Source of the DNA: Octopus vulgaris
Taxonomy: Eukaryota
Assembly (NCBI GenBank): GCA_951406725.2
Contig: OX597827.1
Location: forward strand, 80,662,001 to 80,726,000
DNA length: 64,000 bases
Reading direction: 5' to 3'
Positions 11,827 through 24,273 of this stretch are shown piece after piece. The position numbers and the translations under genes were made by a program. The notes below the pieces were generated by a model. That model did no database searches. It saw only the letters and a program-made list of their open reading frames with translations, and was not told the DNA's origin. The number at the start of each line of letters is the position of its first letter. The stretch's first letter is position 1.

Positions 11827-11958
11827 TACAAGTCATGTCTCTTAGATCAGCAAACTTGTGATCAACATACATAGTAATAAGGTATACGACAACACCCATC
11901 ACCAAAGCCAGGCCTATATATATGTGTATAGACACACATTATATATATATATATATAT

Positions 11959-12505
11959 CATCATCATCATCGCTTAACGTCCGTTTTCCATGCTAGCATG
12001 GGTTGGACAGTTCAACTGGGGTCTGGGAAGCCAGAAAGCTGCGCCAGGCCCAGTTTGATCTGGCAGTGTCTCTACAGCTTGATGCCCTTCCTAACGCCAA
12101 CCACTCCGAGAGTGTAGTGGGTGCTTTTTATGTGCCACCCGCACAAGTGCCAGACAGAGCTGGCAAACGGCCACGATCGGATGGTGCTTTTTACGTGCCA
12201 CCGGCACGGGGGCCAGACGAGGCTGGCAACAGCCACAATCGGATGGTGCTTTTTACGTGCCACCGGCACGGAGGCCACTCGGGGCGGCACTGGCAACGGC
12301 CACGTTCAGATGGTTCTCTTACGTGCCACCGGTACTGGTATCACAGCTACAATTTCCATTGATGTTAAAAGATTTCGATTTCGATTTTCACTTGCCTCAA
12401 CAGGTCTTCACAAGTAGGGTTTGTGTCAAAAGAAGGAAAGGTATGCATAAGTGGGCTGGCTACGTCCCAGGTAGAGGCCACGGGTTATGGTCTCACTTGT
12501 CCTGC
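11959..12505 (-). mobile_element. Meta-domain-like SINE with internal GTGCTTTTTACGTGCCACCGGCAC repeats
   Basis: Same core and (CAT)n end as other copies; four internal repeat units visible. Confidence 0.8.
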
Positions 12506-14272
12506 CGGATATATGATAGATAGGTAGCTAGAGAGATAGATAGAAAAAGAGATAGATAGATAGAGAGACAGAAACACACACACATGCATGGATAAAGTGA
12601 GAGGGGAGAGAGAGGGAGGAGCATTGTCCCAAGGTCGAGAATTCTCTGAAAGCATCCCAATATTCTGTCAATGTTCATAAAACTCAAGAAACGCCATTCC
12701 ATGAACGACTGACACAAGACTTACGCTAAAGTCACAATCATTTTGAAAATTATGATAAAAGCCGATATCTTTAAAGGCAATCCAGGTCTTGACTGTACAA
12801 TCTGAGCTAATTTTTATGTTGTATAAAACATGCTGACAATGGCCAATTTAGGCCATAAGGAAGTGTGTTAATTTTTCTGAAAACCAATTAATGTCAGCCA
12901 ATAAAGAGAGTTAGAGTAAGAAAATAACTAAAATGATCTGGGTTAATATGATGCCTTAAAGGTTAGGGAGAAAGGAAGTGAGGAATGCAACGGTAGAGAT
13001 TGAGTGCAGGCAACAAATTTTGATGCCTACATCCATCCATACATTAAAATGAAGAAAATTACTTATTAATTAATTTGGTGTAATGTTTACTAAAAGAAAG
13101 CAATTATGAGAGTCTAACCAGTCTCGAAATCTCTGAACATTTCTAATTTTAATAAAGTTTTTATCAAAAAGTGATTTTTTAAAATAATTTTATTATTGAA
13201 GTTCTAATCTGAATTCAGTGTGAATTAGAATTCCATATGAGTCCTTCTTAACTGTTATCCTCAGATTCTCCACTGAATGGATACTATTTAACAAATAAGT
13301 GATACAGGCATAACATTTCACACAGAAATAGCACAAACTGGGAATCAAATGTGTAGACATTATTTAGTGAGGAGCAGAAAACCACCCAGAGTTTGGTCTT
13401 TCTGTTAACTATTAAACTAGACACATAGGGACAGGGATTATGAATCATATCTGTCTATACTGATGTGATAAAGTTAATGATGATGATGATGATGATGATG
13501 GTGCTGGTGGGGTTGATGATGGTGGTGAATTATTCTCAATTAAAAAAGTAAATCTCATTCATATTTAAGATATAAGCCACCTTCACTTTCTCTGAAATAT
13601 CAACTTTAATGTTATTATAACTACAACCAAAATTCTTTGCTAGATTCAGAAAAATATTGTAAAATATAAAAGAAAAGTTAAACTGAATTCATACAACTAG
13701 ATAAATTATAAAAGTACCTGAGTAAAGAAAATATTTTACTGAAGAAATTACAAACTCCAATGACATACTTATAAATATATTTTAGAAAGAAAAACCTACA
13801 CAAAATAAACTGTATTCTCTCCTCTACAAACAAAAACCTGTTTCTTCTCTTATTTTATTGTCTTTCACAATATGCTATTGCTTCTGTTTCCTTCAGCTGT
13901 GAATGCTATTTTCTCCTCCATTATAAAATACCAAAAGCTCTAACCCTTTATCACTGCTCACAATTTACACACTTCAACCGGATTGGAACACGTTGAAGCA
14001 AGAGACATTCATATTTTTTAGCAGCCATCTTGACATGTCCATCCTGCTCCTTCTAGTATTCACACAGATCATTACAGATTCTTTACATGAAACAATAAAC
14101 ACGTAATAAAGGCTCTTCTCTATAGCAACTGATCAATATATGTAACAAATGTAATACAGAAACAGATATTATTGCTGCAAGTGAATACAGAATAAGTATT
14201 AAACATCGTCTACTTATTTGTGGTATAAACAATTATGGGCAGCATTAGGGAAAACTAAACGAATTATTATTA

Positions 14273-14836
14273 AGCACCCACTACACTCTCAGAGTGGTTG
14301 GCGTTAGGAAGGGCATCCAGCTGTAGAAACATTGCCAGATAAGACTGGAGCCTGGTGCAGCCTTCTGGCTTCCCAGATCCCCGGTCAAACCGTCCAACCC
14401 ATGCTAGCATGGAGAACGGACATTAAACGATGATCATGATTAAAGATGTTAGGATGGCGGCAAGCTGACAGAAACGTTAGGACACTGGGCGAAATGCCGT
14501 TATGTTCTGAGTTCAAATTCCGCCGAGGTCGACTTTGCCTTTCATCCCTTTCGGGGTCGATAAATTGAGTACCAGTTGCGCACTGGGGTTGATGTAATCG
14601 ACTTAATCCGTTTGTCTGTCCTTGTTTGTCCCCTCTGTGTGTAGCCCCTTGTGGGTAGTAAAGAAATAGGTATTCATCTGTCTTTACGTTCTGAGTTCAT
14701 ATTCCGCCAATATCCAATTTGCATTTCATCCTTTCAGGATTGATAACTTAAGTACCAGCTATGTACTGGGGTTGATCTAATCAACTGGCCCTTTCCTAAA
14801 AAATTTTGGTCTTTGTGACTTGAGTAGATAAGAATA
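14273..14836 (+). mobile_element. Copy-B-specific SINE cluster: Meta-like SINE 3' end followed by a dimeric Nin-domain-like SINE
   Basis: Absent at paralogous ~3262-3300; GGTCGACTTTGCCTTTCATCC..GGTCGATAAATT.AGTACCAG core. Confidence 0.8.
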
Positions 14837-14921
14837 TTGAAGATATGAGAACAATATCTAACAAATCCAATGAGATTTATTACATAAAATGAGATTATAA
14901 AAGATTCAAATAGAAACTTAC

Positions 14922-15329
14922 CTTTTTAGTAATTATATCATTGGTTATTCAGTGAGAAAGAGAAAGATGTATTGTTGTAGAAAGATCCATTGTAAGTGCT
15001 GCTGTAATGGTGTGACAATGGCTGTTATGGTGATGGAGTAGTGTAGCACGTCAGGCAGAGAGTCTGCTGCTAGGAGAGGGTTGCATGTGTCACTGAAGTT
15101 GTACGTTTTCTGAGTGTACGTCCACCTGATAATATCCTGTATGTATTTAGCCTCAAAGATGATGTTTACTATTTTCAGACATACATATAAATGCCAATAA
15201 GTATAATATTTTATAATTGAACTGTTTGATTGAATAATGTTAGGAATGTAAATGCTAATCTTTGTCAGTGATTTCTTTCTATGGTTTAGTGAGAATCTGA
15301 TTGGTTGAATGACTTACCAGACGACCAAT
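14922..15329 (-). promoter_or_regulatory. Putative promoter and non-coding exon 1 of the intact PCDH (intron 9617-14921)
   Basis: Donor AAG|GTAAGT at 14922/14921, TATAAAA at 15215-15209, CCAAT boxes at 15300-15304 and 15325-15329. Confidence 0.6.
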
Positions 15330-15533
15330 GAAGATACTCTGTTTAATATTTATTCCCCCACAGGAGAAATATGCTTGTCTTAAAGGAAGAAAGTGAGGTT
15401 GTGTGACATTCTATATTTCCAGAATGAACTGAGAAAGTAATTTCTCTGTAATGTAGTTTATGATACAATTAACTGAGAAAATGAGAACATAATTACTAAT
15501 AATAGTAAAAAATGCATAATGTTATATTTAAGT

Positions 15534-18271
15534 GGCTATTATGAATCTGTATCACTATTCAGCAAGGCCAAGGACATAATCATTGTTGGTCTTTACAGGC
15601 CTCCCCAAGCACCTCTAAAGTGCTTTGAAGAGTGCCTTAGCAAAGTCAAGTCCTTCCTTCGGAAGTACAACTCTGGAAACATACTAGTGATGGGTGATTT
15701 TAACCTCCCTCATGTGAACTGGCCCACAAATACTCTAAAGTTAGGCAAAGTGCTCTACATCAGATAGAGCAGCAGCAGAACTGCTCTTTAATCTAATGGA
15801 TGAATACTTCCTGACTCAGCTTGTGCTTGAACCAACGAGACAGAATAAAACGATCTTGGATCTGGTATTGACCAATCACTCTAGCTTCGTTCACAGTATT
15901 TCAATTGAAAAAACTCTCCTCTCAGACCACGACATGGTACTCTGCAATTTTAATTCCCGACATATAAAAACCAAACCAGCCAATCCCACTCCATAGTACT
16001 CATTTGACAACATAAACTTCCACAAAGCGGACTGGGGAGCAATCAGAAAGGATCTGTCTTTGCATCGACTGGTCTTTTACTCTCAATTCCACCCATATTG
16101 AGACCGCATGGCAGCACTTTGAAAACATTGTCACCTATACATGCTCTAAACATGTTCCCACGAAATCTACTAACACAAACAGAAACCGGCTCTCTAAAAA
16201 GAAAAAAACACTCATCAGGCGCATCAAAAAACTCAACAAAAAAATCAACCAATTAAAATATTCCCACATACAACATCTACATTCAACAACAATGAAAAGG
16301 CTAGAGTTGGAAAAACTTCATCTGCAGACCGACATGAAAACCTCCATTGAAAATCAAAGAGCTGCGGAGGAACAGTGGGTAATCAAAAACATCAAACAGA
16401 ACCCAAAAGTGTTCTATTCTTATGCAAATAAGCATAGACCCACTGTCTCACCCATTGGACCATTGATTGATGATAACGGCATTTCCCCAACACGATGCTA
16501 AAGAAATGGTAGAAGTACTGCAGAAGCAATACTGCTCTGTCTTTAGTGTTCCCACTGATATTGACGCAAGCAAACCGAATGAAGTTGGCTCCCAACATAA
16601 AATCTCAGACATAACCTTCACTGCAACTGACATCATAGCAGCAATAAATGAGGTCAAATACTACTCTGCTGTAGGCCCTGATAGATTCCCCGCTAGTCTC
16701 CTGAAGGAATGTAGACACCAACTTGCAGTCCCTCTGACCAACCTCTGGAGAAATTCGTTAGATGCAGGTTATATACTGAAACAGTTTCTATCCCAGTCAG
16801 TCATCCAGGTTTTCAAACAGGGAAACAGATCCCTCGCACTCAACTATCGCCCAATCTCACTCACCTCCTACATCATTAAAGTGTTTGAAAGAGTGTTAAG
16901 ATCGAGGAGAGCTGACTTCTTGGAGACCCAGAAACTCCTAAATGCAAATCAGCATGGCTTTCGCTATGGCAGGGACTGTCTAACACAGCTCTTACACCAC
17001 ATTGAAGATGTACTCAAAGCCTTGGGAACAGGTTCGAACTCTGATGTCATATATCTTGACTTCAGTAAAGCGTTCGACAGGGTAGACCATAATATCCTAC
17101 TCTCAAAATTGGCAAATGTTGGAATCCATGGAAAAGTTCTACACTGGATTAAGTATTTCCTGGCGAATAGAACACAACATGTTGTAGTTGATGGAGTCCA
17201 CTCAAGCCGAGCAAAAGTCACCAGCGGTGTCCCCCAGGGAACTGTCTTGAGTCCGCTACTCTTCATAATTTACATAAACGACCTTTCCAGTGTTGTACAT
17301 TACTGCAAAGTGAAAATATTTGCTGATGACACTAAGCTCCAGCAAATCGTGAATGAAGAAGCAGACCGAACTCAACTCCAGTCTGATCTATATGCTGTGA
17401 GTCAATGGGCAGACAGAAACAAAATGCAACTGAACGAGGGAAAATTTGAGCTGATGCATTTTGGAAGAAATTCCTCACTAAAACAGCCATACTCTCTTCC
17501 TTCAGGGGAACCGCTCACAGCCTCTAACAATATCAGAGACCTGGGTGTAATTGTTGATGACGATCTCAGTTGGAGTGCACACATCAACAAGAAGGTCAAT
17601 ATAGCTCGTAGGATGAGTTCCTGGATCTTAAGAACTTTCCGGTCCAGAGAACAAGGTGTCATCATACCACTTTTCTCCTCCTTTGTACGGCCACACCTCG
17701 AATACTGCTGCCCACTGTGGTTTCCCCATACAAAACAAAACATCTCGAGGATTGAATCACCCCAGAGGGCACTCACTAAATGAATTGAAGGCATGGGATT
17801 GCCTTAAAGCCTTGAAACTCTACTCTCTCCAGCGTCGCCGTGAGCGGTACATCATTTGTACAATGTGGAGAATATACCACCAACTTTGCCCAAACGACCT
17901 GAACATTAGCTTCAAGGTTCGTCCAAGACTGGGACCACGGGCCATATGTCCCCTGCCCAATTCAAGATCACAGCATACATGTACACTGCAACATAATTTC
18001 TTTTCCTATTTAACATTGTCCTGAGAGAGATCAAAGAGGAAAAGGATCCAATCAACTTTAAACAGAGTCTGGATAGATTCCTTCAAAGAATACCAGATAA
18101 GCCACCCATAATTGGATACAACTCACCCAACAAGAACTCACTACTTGAACAAAACTTGACCTAAACAAAACTTGACTTAAACAGGATTCGAATAATCCTA
18201 TCAGGTGGTGCTATTAAGTTAGACATGGCCTGGACCAATCTTTGGTCGAAACATATCTAAGTTTATCTAAG
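15534..18271 (+). mobile_element. 5'-truncated CR1-group LINE (partial AP endonuclease plus reverse transcriptase), frameshifted
   Basis: APE motifs YRPP, GDFNLP, LDLVLT, SDH; RT motifs YLDFSKAFDRV, GVPQGTVL, FADD in ORF 16467-17783; (ATCTAAGTTT)2 tail; TTTAAGT on both flanks. Confidence 0.93.
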
Positions 18272-18580
18272 TTTAAGTACATTTACACGGTAATGCCAGT
18301 AAGATTCCTAATATAGTTGTGAGGTCACATCTTGGAAAAGAGACAAACATCCTCAACACCTGTACTTCACAGGTAATTATATTATAAACCTCAGTGGATG
18401 AAGGGAAAAGTTCTACCTCAGTGAGAGTTGAACACACAACATAAAGAAATGGAAGTAAACCAGCCCCAAAATATGTCTGCTGTTCGTTTATTCCTGTTGA
18501 TAATATTGTACCATTAAGAGAAAATAAGTGTAGCATTTAAAATAATCCCTGTTTTCATAAAGAGCAGCTAGTCTCACTAG

Positions 18581-19286
18581 TCTCAAAAAGTCTTCATGTC
18601 AACGTGACCTGGGTGTTATTGTCGACAGTGATTTGCGTTGGACAAAACACATCGCTAAAATTGTCAAGAAGGCTGAGGGTGTCTTGGCATCACTCAACAA
18701 ATCCTTTGTGAGCCGCTCTCCGGCTATCTATCTGTGGCTTTATATAACTATGGTAAGACCTCACCTGGAATTTGCATCACCGGTCTGGAACCCCTATCTT
18801 GCCCAGGATATCAATCGTCTGGAAGCTGTTCAGCGACGTGCGACCAAAAGAATACCCTCCATCGGGCATTTGCCATATCCTGAACGCCTTACTTCCCTGG
18901 GCATGGACACATTGAAACAACCATCATACAAACAATAACTCTGAGCACCTTTTCAAACTCCACCCATCTAACACCCGTGGACATATTTACAAAGTCAGAA
19001 AACAGCACAGCTCCCATGACTTCAGGAAACATTTTTTCACGCTGAGAGTTGCTGAAGCATGGAACAAACTGCCGACATCGGTTGTTAGTTGTCGGAGCAC
19101 TGCATCCTTCAAAACTTCCATGCTTTCTGAGATTCGCCAACACTACACCTGATTTTCTCCCCTCCATACACACACAAGCATGTATCTGACTCATACATTA
19201 CATTACTGCATGTACTTTATATGCACTTTCTGACAAGTTGTGGTGCACCTGAGCACTGTATACAATAATTTCATTATTATTATTAT
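18581..19286 (+). mobile_element. 3' fragment of a second CR1-group LINE family with (ATT)n tail
   Basis: RDLGV..VRPHLEFASPVWNP..QRRATKRIP; same family as 47700-49081. Confidence 0.88.
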
Positions 19287-19852
19287 ATATTACTAGTTCC
19301 TCAGAGAAAATAAACATATTAACTAAAACTTAAATGTACGTGTGTGTGTATATAGAGAGAGAGATAGATAGATATAGATATATACATATATATATATACA
19401 TACACACACACACCTACCAGGCTCGTTTTAGCCCAGGTTGCCGGATAACTTTTCATTCCTTTAAGAACATTGTAGAACAGAAATGGAATTTAAATCCTAA
19501 TCTCTATAGAAATTTAATGTTTCAAGAAAACATTGAATTTGAATTACTTTTAATTTTTACGATTATAGATTATAGATAATTTTACAATTATAGATAACAA
19601 CTCGGCCTGAGTCAGGCACATGTGAATGATGTCGAGAGAACGTCTGCTGTGAATGATATTTTTTGATACAGGGCACCTCTAGACGACCACCAGAGGCTGA
19701 CCGAAAATAAATGAACTGTGACCAGGCTCAATCAAAGGAGTCAGTGTCGGCAGAAATTAAATCAGCTTGAAAATACAGGCTCACTTTACTAAATTTATAC
19801 TTAGGCTAAGCCCAAACAGCCTGACTGCCAGAGATGCCCCTGATTACATATA

Positions 19853-19883
<31 letters not shown>

Positions 19884-19898
19884 TGATATAGGCATGTA

Positions 19899-20731
19899 AT
19901 GATAATGTAGATAAATTCTAATAAATATTCTAGGAATCTGGTATTTAAATGAATTAATTTATTCTTAGAAACAATTATAAATCTGTTAACAGAGTTACTA
20001 ACAAATTTCAGATGATTTCAAGATAAGATATTGCTAATGTACCTGATACTCCTGGTATTTCTTCGTAATGTTTCAACTCTCCTTGTCTACCACTTCTCTT
20101 GGATGACATTGTATCTGATGTATAGTTACAAACCATAGTAGCATTATCTTCCACAGCATCATCACTTGATGTCACCACAACAGGTTGACAGTATTTCTGT
20201 TGACAAACAAACGATAAAGAAATGTGAGAAGACACCAAACAATGGAAGTTACCATCAACATGGATAGAGAACAATTTAATATTGGAATGTATTATTGAAG
20301 TTAAAACATATTCAAAGAGATTTCATTGTTCACTTTTACAGAGAGAAAATGTAATGTTTCCACTTACTGGGGTAGGTTTTGGTAAAGTTCTCGACTGAAC
20401 TGAAGATTCATATTTGTTCTGTAGCTGACCTTCTGCATAACATTCACTCTTGGATCTCTCAGAATAGATATTCCGCTTCACCATCTCTTCTGCATTCCTC
20501 GACATAGCAACAGAAGTGTTAGTCTGGTACAACAATTGTTTCATCTCTGCTCTACCTTGGTAGGCTGTATTCTTTGTGGCAGCAGCTGTGTTATCAGGGT
20601 CAGTGGCATTGACAAAACCAATAGGGAAGTCTTTATCTTTGTTTTCGTAGGTGAGGAATTGGAATGTATCTTTGGTAAACTGTGGTTGTACATCGTTGAT
20701 GTCAGTCACTTGGATAGAGAGGCTTTTAACA
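19899..20731 (-). pseudogene. Truncated, internally deleted PCDH copy (EC4/EC5 junction fused to cytoplasmic tail and next exon)
   Basis: Matches ~6807-7412 and 8103-8241; lacks N-terminus, a 693-bp segment containing the TM helix, and the last exon. Confidence 0.9.
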
Positions 20732-20759
20732 AAGTGACTGTCTGAAAATGGAGAAGTCT

Positions 20760-21610
20760 ACCTAGAGACAATTACATGCAGCATTTATACTGAATGTTCA
20801 AGCAAAATTTGATAGTTTGCATAAAAGGAAAAGAGAACACAATAACCATTCAAAAATAAAAGTAAATTTTAAAAAATTACCTAAATTATGTCTGGGAGAT
20901 TACAGTTTACTCAAAGAAGTCCCGCCTCTCAGCTTCCATCTTGGCTTCAACATTGTTCCAGAACCTGGCACATGCTTTCTTCATTGCATCCCTAGAAAGA
21001 TCTTGGCCACTAGCATGGCTTTGGTTTTGTAAGCCGAGCTGATCTGTTTCTTAACCATGCCCTACACATAGAAATATCCACGGGATTACAATCAGGGATG
21101 GGAGATTAGGAGGCTTGAAACTGGTGCAGGTGAAGTTATAGAAATTCTTCACCACACACTTCTGACTCCTTCTGGAACTGAATCCTGCTGGCATACATAT
21201 GGCCTTCCAACAACAACTCTCTCAAGCCAGGATTTGACCACAATCTCCAACAGCTTCACAGAGCCTAAGGCTCTGTTCAATGATGTGGGACGGCACTGTC
21301 AGCGGAGACACACCGAAAGACCACCACCTTCTCACCGATCACGGCTATGCAGTCTTCATTGCAGCTGTCCACATCACGTCTTACAGTCTTCATGGCGTTC
21401 ACAGAACATTGAACAGCAGTGCGTTTGTACACGCAAGTACATCAGCTGTTGCGATCAATACTACGTGTACACAAGAAAAATTCACGTGCAGTTTGCGCAA
21501 AAGAAGCCGATTGGCTTGAAATAATAAAATTAGTTACTTAGTTCCCTAAGTTGTTGGTTTTCATTAAAAAAATCGCCCCAAATTGATTTCCTACATGTTT
21601 TATTGGATAA
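20760..21610 (-). mobile_element. Tc1/mariner transposase relic
   Basis: Minus-strand QQDS and PDCNPVD motif remnants; similar relic at 51095-51715; ends not resolved. Confidence 0.55.
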
Positions 21611-22719
21611 ACTTATTATTGTCCCAGGTACGTTCTCATAAATTCATCATGCTTTTCCATCTAGATTTACCTCCTACTAACCCATATGCATGCATCGTTT
21701 TTGTCCTGTCAACCTGTACATAACTGCACCTTCCATTTTTTGTTGTTTTTCTACTGCTTAAAGGCACGTTTCTTTCCTACCAAGCTTACTGTTTAAACCA
21801 TGTCTGTGTTCTCCCAGTCAACAGCCTTATCATTACTGGTACTTTAAACTCTTTGGTTGCATATTTGTGTGAATAAAATCGTTTTTCTTTGGAACAGAGA
21901 AAAAGTCTATCTTTATTTCTTCTTTTCCTGGTGTCTCAAATTTAGGTTAAATCAGTGTTTCTCAAAGGGGAGGCTTATGGGACGGTCAGACAAGTTGTAT
22001 TGAGAAAATTATGTTTAAATGTTTCACAACTCAGCACCGTCCATTGGACGGAGGGGGGCGTTTTGCTCGTTTATATACACACACACTGTGTATACAAATA
22101 AAGTGTAAACAGAAAATATACACACACAAAACTATTGAAAAGGTTTGCAAGACACAACGAAAATTTTTGGAAAATAAAAATAAGAAAAAAGTGGAAATTT
22201 TATCGGTGATTGTGTTATATTATAAGGCACAAAAAGAGAATGACTCTCCCAGACACAACAAAAGATGCTTCAACACACGAACTCACATAAAGAATCTTGC
22301 AAACCAAATCCAAAAACGAAATACACACACATTTATATGGATTTGTATATGTGTATCCAACAATGTAACACATAGTAATAATTGCTTTTCATGAAAGGTA
22401 GAAAGCCTGAAATTTTGGGAAAGGAGTTGGTCGACAAAAATCGCTTCAAATCCTAGACAGGCGTTTAAGCTTGGACCCACACTTTGCTAAGGGACGTAAC
22501 TCCAGGTTTAATAGAGTTATGTCCCTTGGTTGCCTTTCGCGGATTATTCAAGAATAGATTTTTACCAGAAAACGTTACAACTGTAATTAATTAATATTCG
22601 AACATCATTATTATTTTGATAGTTAATATACCATTCCTGTGTTATGTAATTAAATTTTAATTTAATAAACATCCGTATTTTGAAAATTCATAGTCCTTCA
22701 ATTATAGGATACAAATAAA

Positions 22720-23028
22720 ATAATTTATTTTCGAATGCAGAGACAGTGTTATAAGAACAGAAACATTGGCTAAATTACCCTTATAAAGTGGGAAAATTTG
22801 TTAACAAACAGCCATGGGACTCGAACCCACATCTCTTGAAGACCTCAGCCAAGTGTTTTACCATTAAACTAAATTGCTTGCCAATGGTAAAGCACTTGGC
22901 CAGAGTCTTCAAGAGATGTGGGTTTGAGTTACATGGATGTTTATTGACACATTTTCCCACTCTGTAAGGGCAATTTAACCAATTTTTCTGCTGTCCTAAT
23001 GGCGTTTCTGCGTTCGAAAATAAATTAT
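22720..23028. repeat. Foldback (arms ~145 bp) built from a tRNA-derived sequence
   Basis: 22720-22866 is an imperfect reverse complement of 22882-23028; A box TAGTTTAATGG and B box GGTTCGAGTCC on minus. Confidence 0.8.
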
Positions 23029-23090
23029 CATCTTACACTTTTCGGCGCTTATAAGAAAACAAATGTTAGTTTGTTTATTTTATACACTTA

Positions 23091-23486
23091 TCTCTCTATA
23101 TATAAAGCTGAAGTTGTCTGTATATGACAGGTTTGGTAGCCTTCAACTAACACTATCTCCTCCGAGACCCTGAGGCGCAAGTTGGCCAAAATTGAGAGTA
23201 TGATAGAAGAAGGGTTGCTCTTCCTTCCGTAGAAGAAAAAAATTCAAATCGGACCATGTTAACACCAAAAATTATTTACATCAAAAAGGGGCTTTTTTTT
23301 TTCTATGAAAATCCCTATTTTTTTACGATTTTTTAACCGCTGTGTCAACATTTTCCGGTGTATTTCAACCAGAAAATGTTGACTTAAAGAGAATAACAAG
23401 CTACATAAAGCAACATTTTTACTTTTCAAAAATTCCAATTCTAAAGGGTCGAAACAAACCCGAGCAACGCCGGTCGATACTGCTAG
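23091..23486 (+). mobile_element. Non-autonomous Helitron
   Basis: A|TC start, hairpin, CTAG|T end. Confidence 0.8.
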
Positions 23487-24222
23487 TAATTATTATATCT
23501 GTAAAATCAGATATTACATAATATTATAACTACGTAAGATCAGATATTCACCACAGTGACAATCATCACAACTACAAACCCTTAAATAATAAATATAAAT
23601 ACTTTTTTTTTTTTAATTCAAAAATCCCCACCATAAGTCATTGCTGGAGTGAAAATCAATATATTCACTATCAAGAACTCAATGAACGGAGTGAGGAAAC
23701 CTTTAGAAGGTTTTAATGATCTTCACTCTTAAAAAGCAACATTACAACGGGTGTAAAAATACAATAATAACTCCCTATACTGAGACCCAGGTTGACAAGT
23801 TTTATTTTTCAAGCACAAGATCCAAATTTTGAACAAAGTGCAACAGTTTCTGCTACCATAACAAATGCTTCTGCATGTTACCAAGAAATTTATAGAGAGC
23901 AAAGAACAGCTTCTTCTTCTTAGCAAACAACTCTAGACTTGTTTTTTATAAAAGGAAATCCACAACTCCATCTACGAATGCTTGTGAATCAGCTATTACG
24001 TCTGCAAGTGATGGTATGCGCGAGTGAAAGTGATTCAGAAAACAATTATAATAATATTTTTTTTATCATAAATGATCTTAAAATCGGAGATGTACTTGCA
24101 TAGCAAGTGACCTGATCTGAGATCGTGTGCTGGAACGAAAACAATTGCAGCGTGGAAGGAGTTTATAAGCCATTCAAGAAACACACAAAAACCGTTAGAT
24201 TCACTGCAACATTTAAATTAAA

Positions 24223-24273
24223 TTTGTCAAAATATTTTCGTCGCTTTGAGATCGCGACCTGTTCACTGACAAA
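24223..24273 (-). ncRNA. Minimal type I hammerhead-ribozyme-like motif with G3:C8 core variant, inside a short repeat (~24085-24285)
   Basis: UUUGUCA-GUGAACA-G-GUCGC-GAUCUCAAA-GCGAC-GAAA-AUAU-UU-UGACAAA: perfect 7-bp stem I, 5-bp stem II, palindromic stem III. Confidence 0.6.

Larger units (their letters stand above)
12949..19330. repeat. Segmental duplicate B (intron 1, exon 1 and promoter block of the intact PCDH) with copy-specific SINE and LINE insertions
   Basis: Collinear with 1958-4655. Confidence 0.95.

Noticed and set aside
16467-17783. 438-aa RT ORF as an active or domesticated gene
   Set aside because: Element is 5'-truncated, frameshifted and has a premature stop
22800-22885. 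Functional tRNA gene
   Set aside because: Anticodon arm and acceptor stem are irregular; part of a foldback repeat
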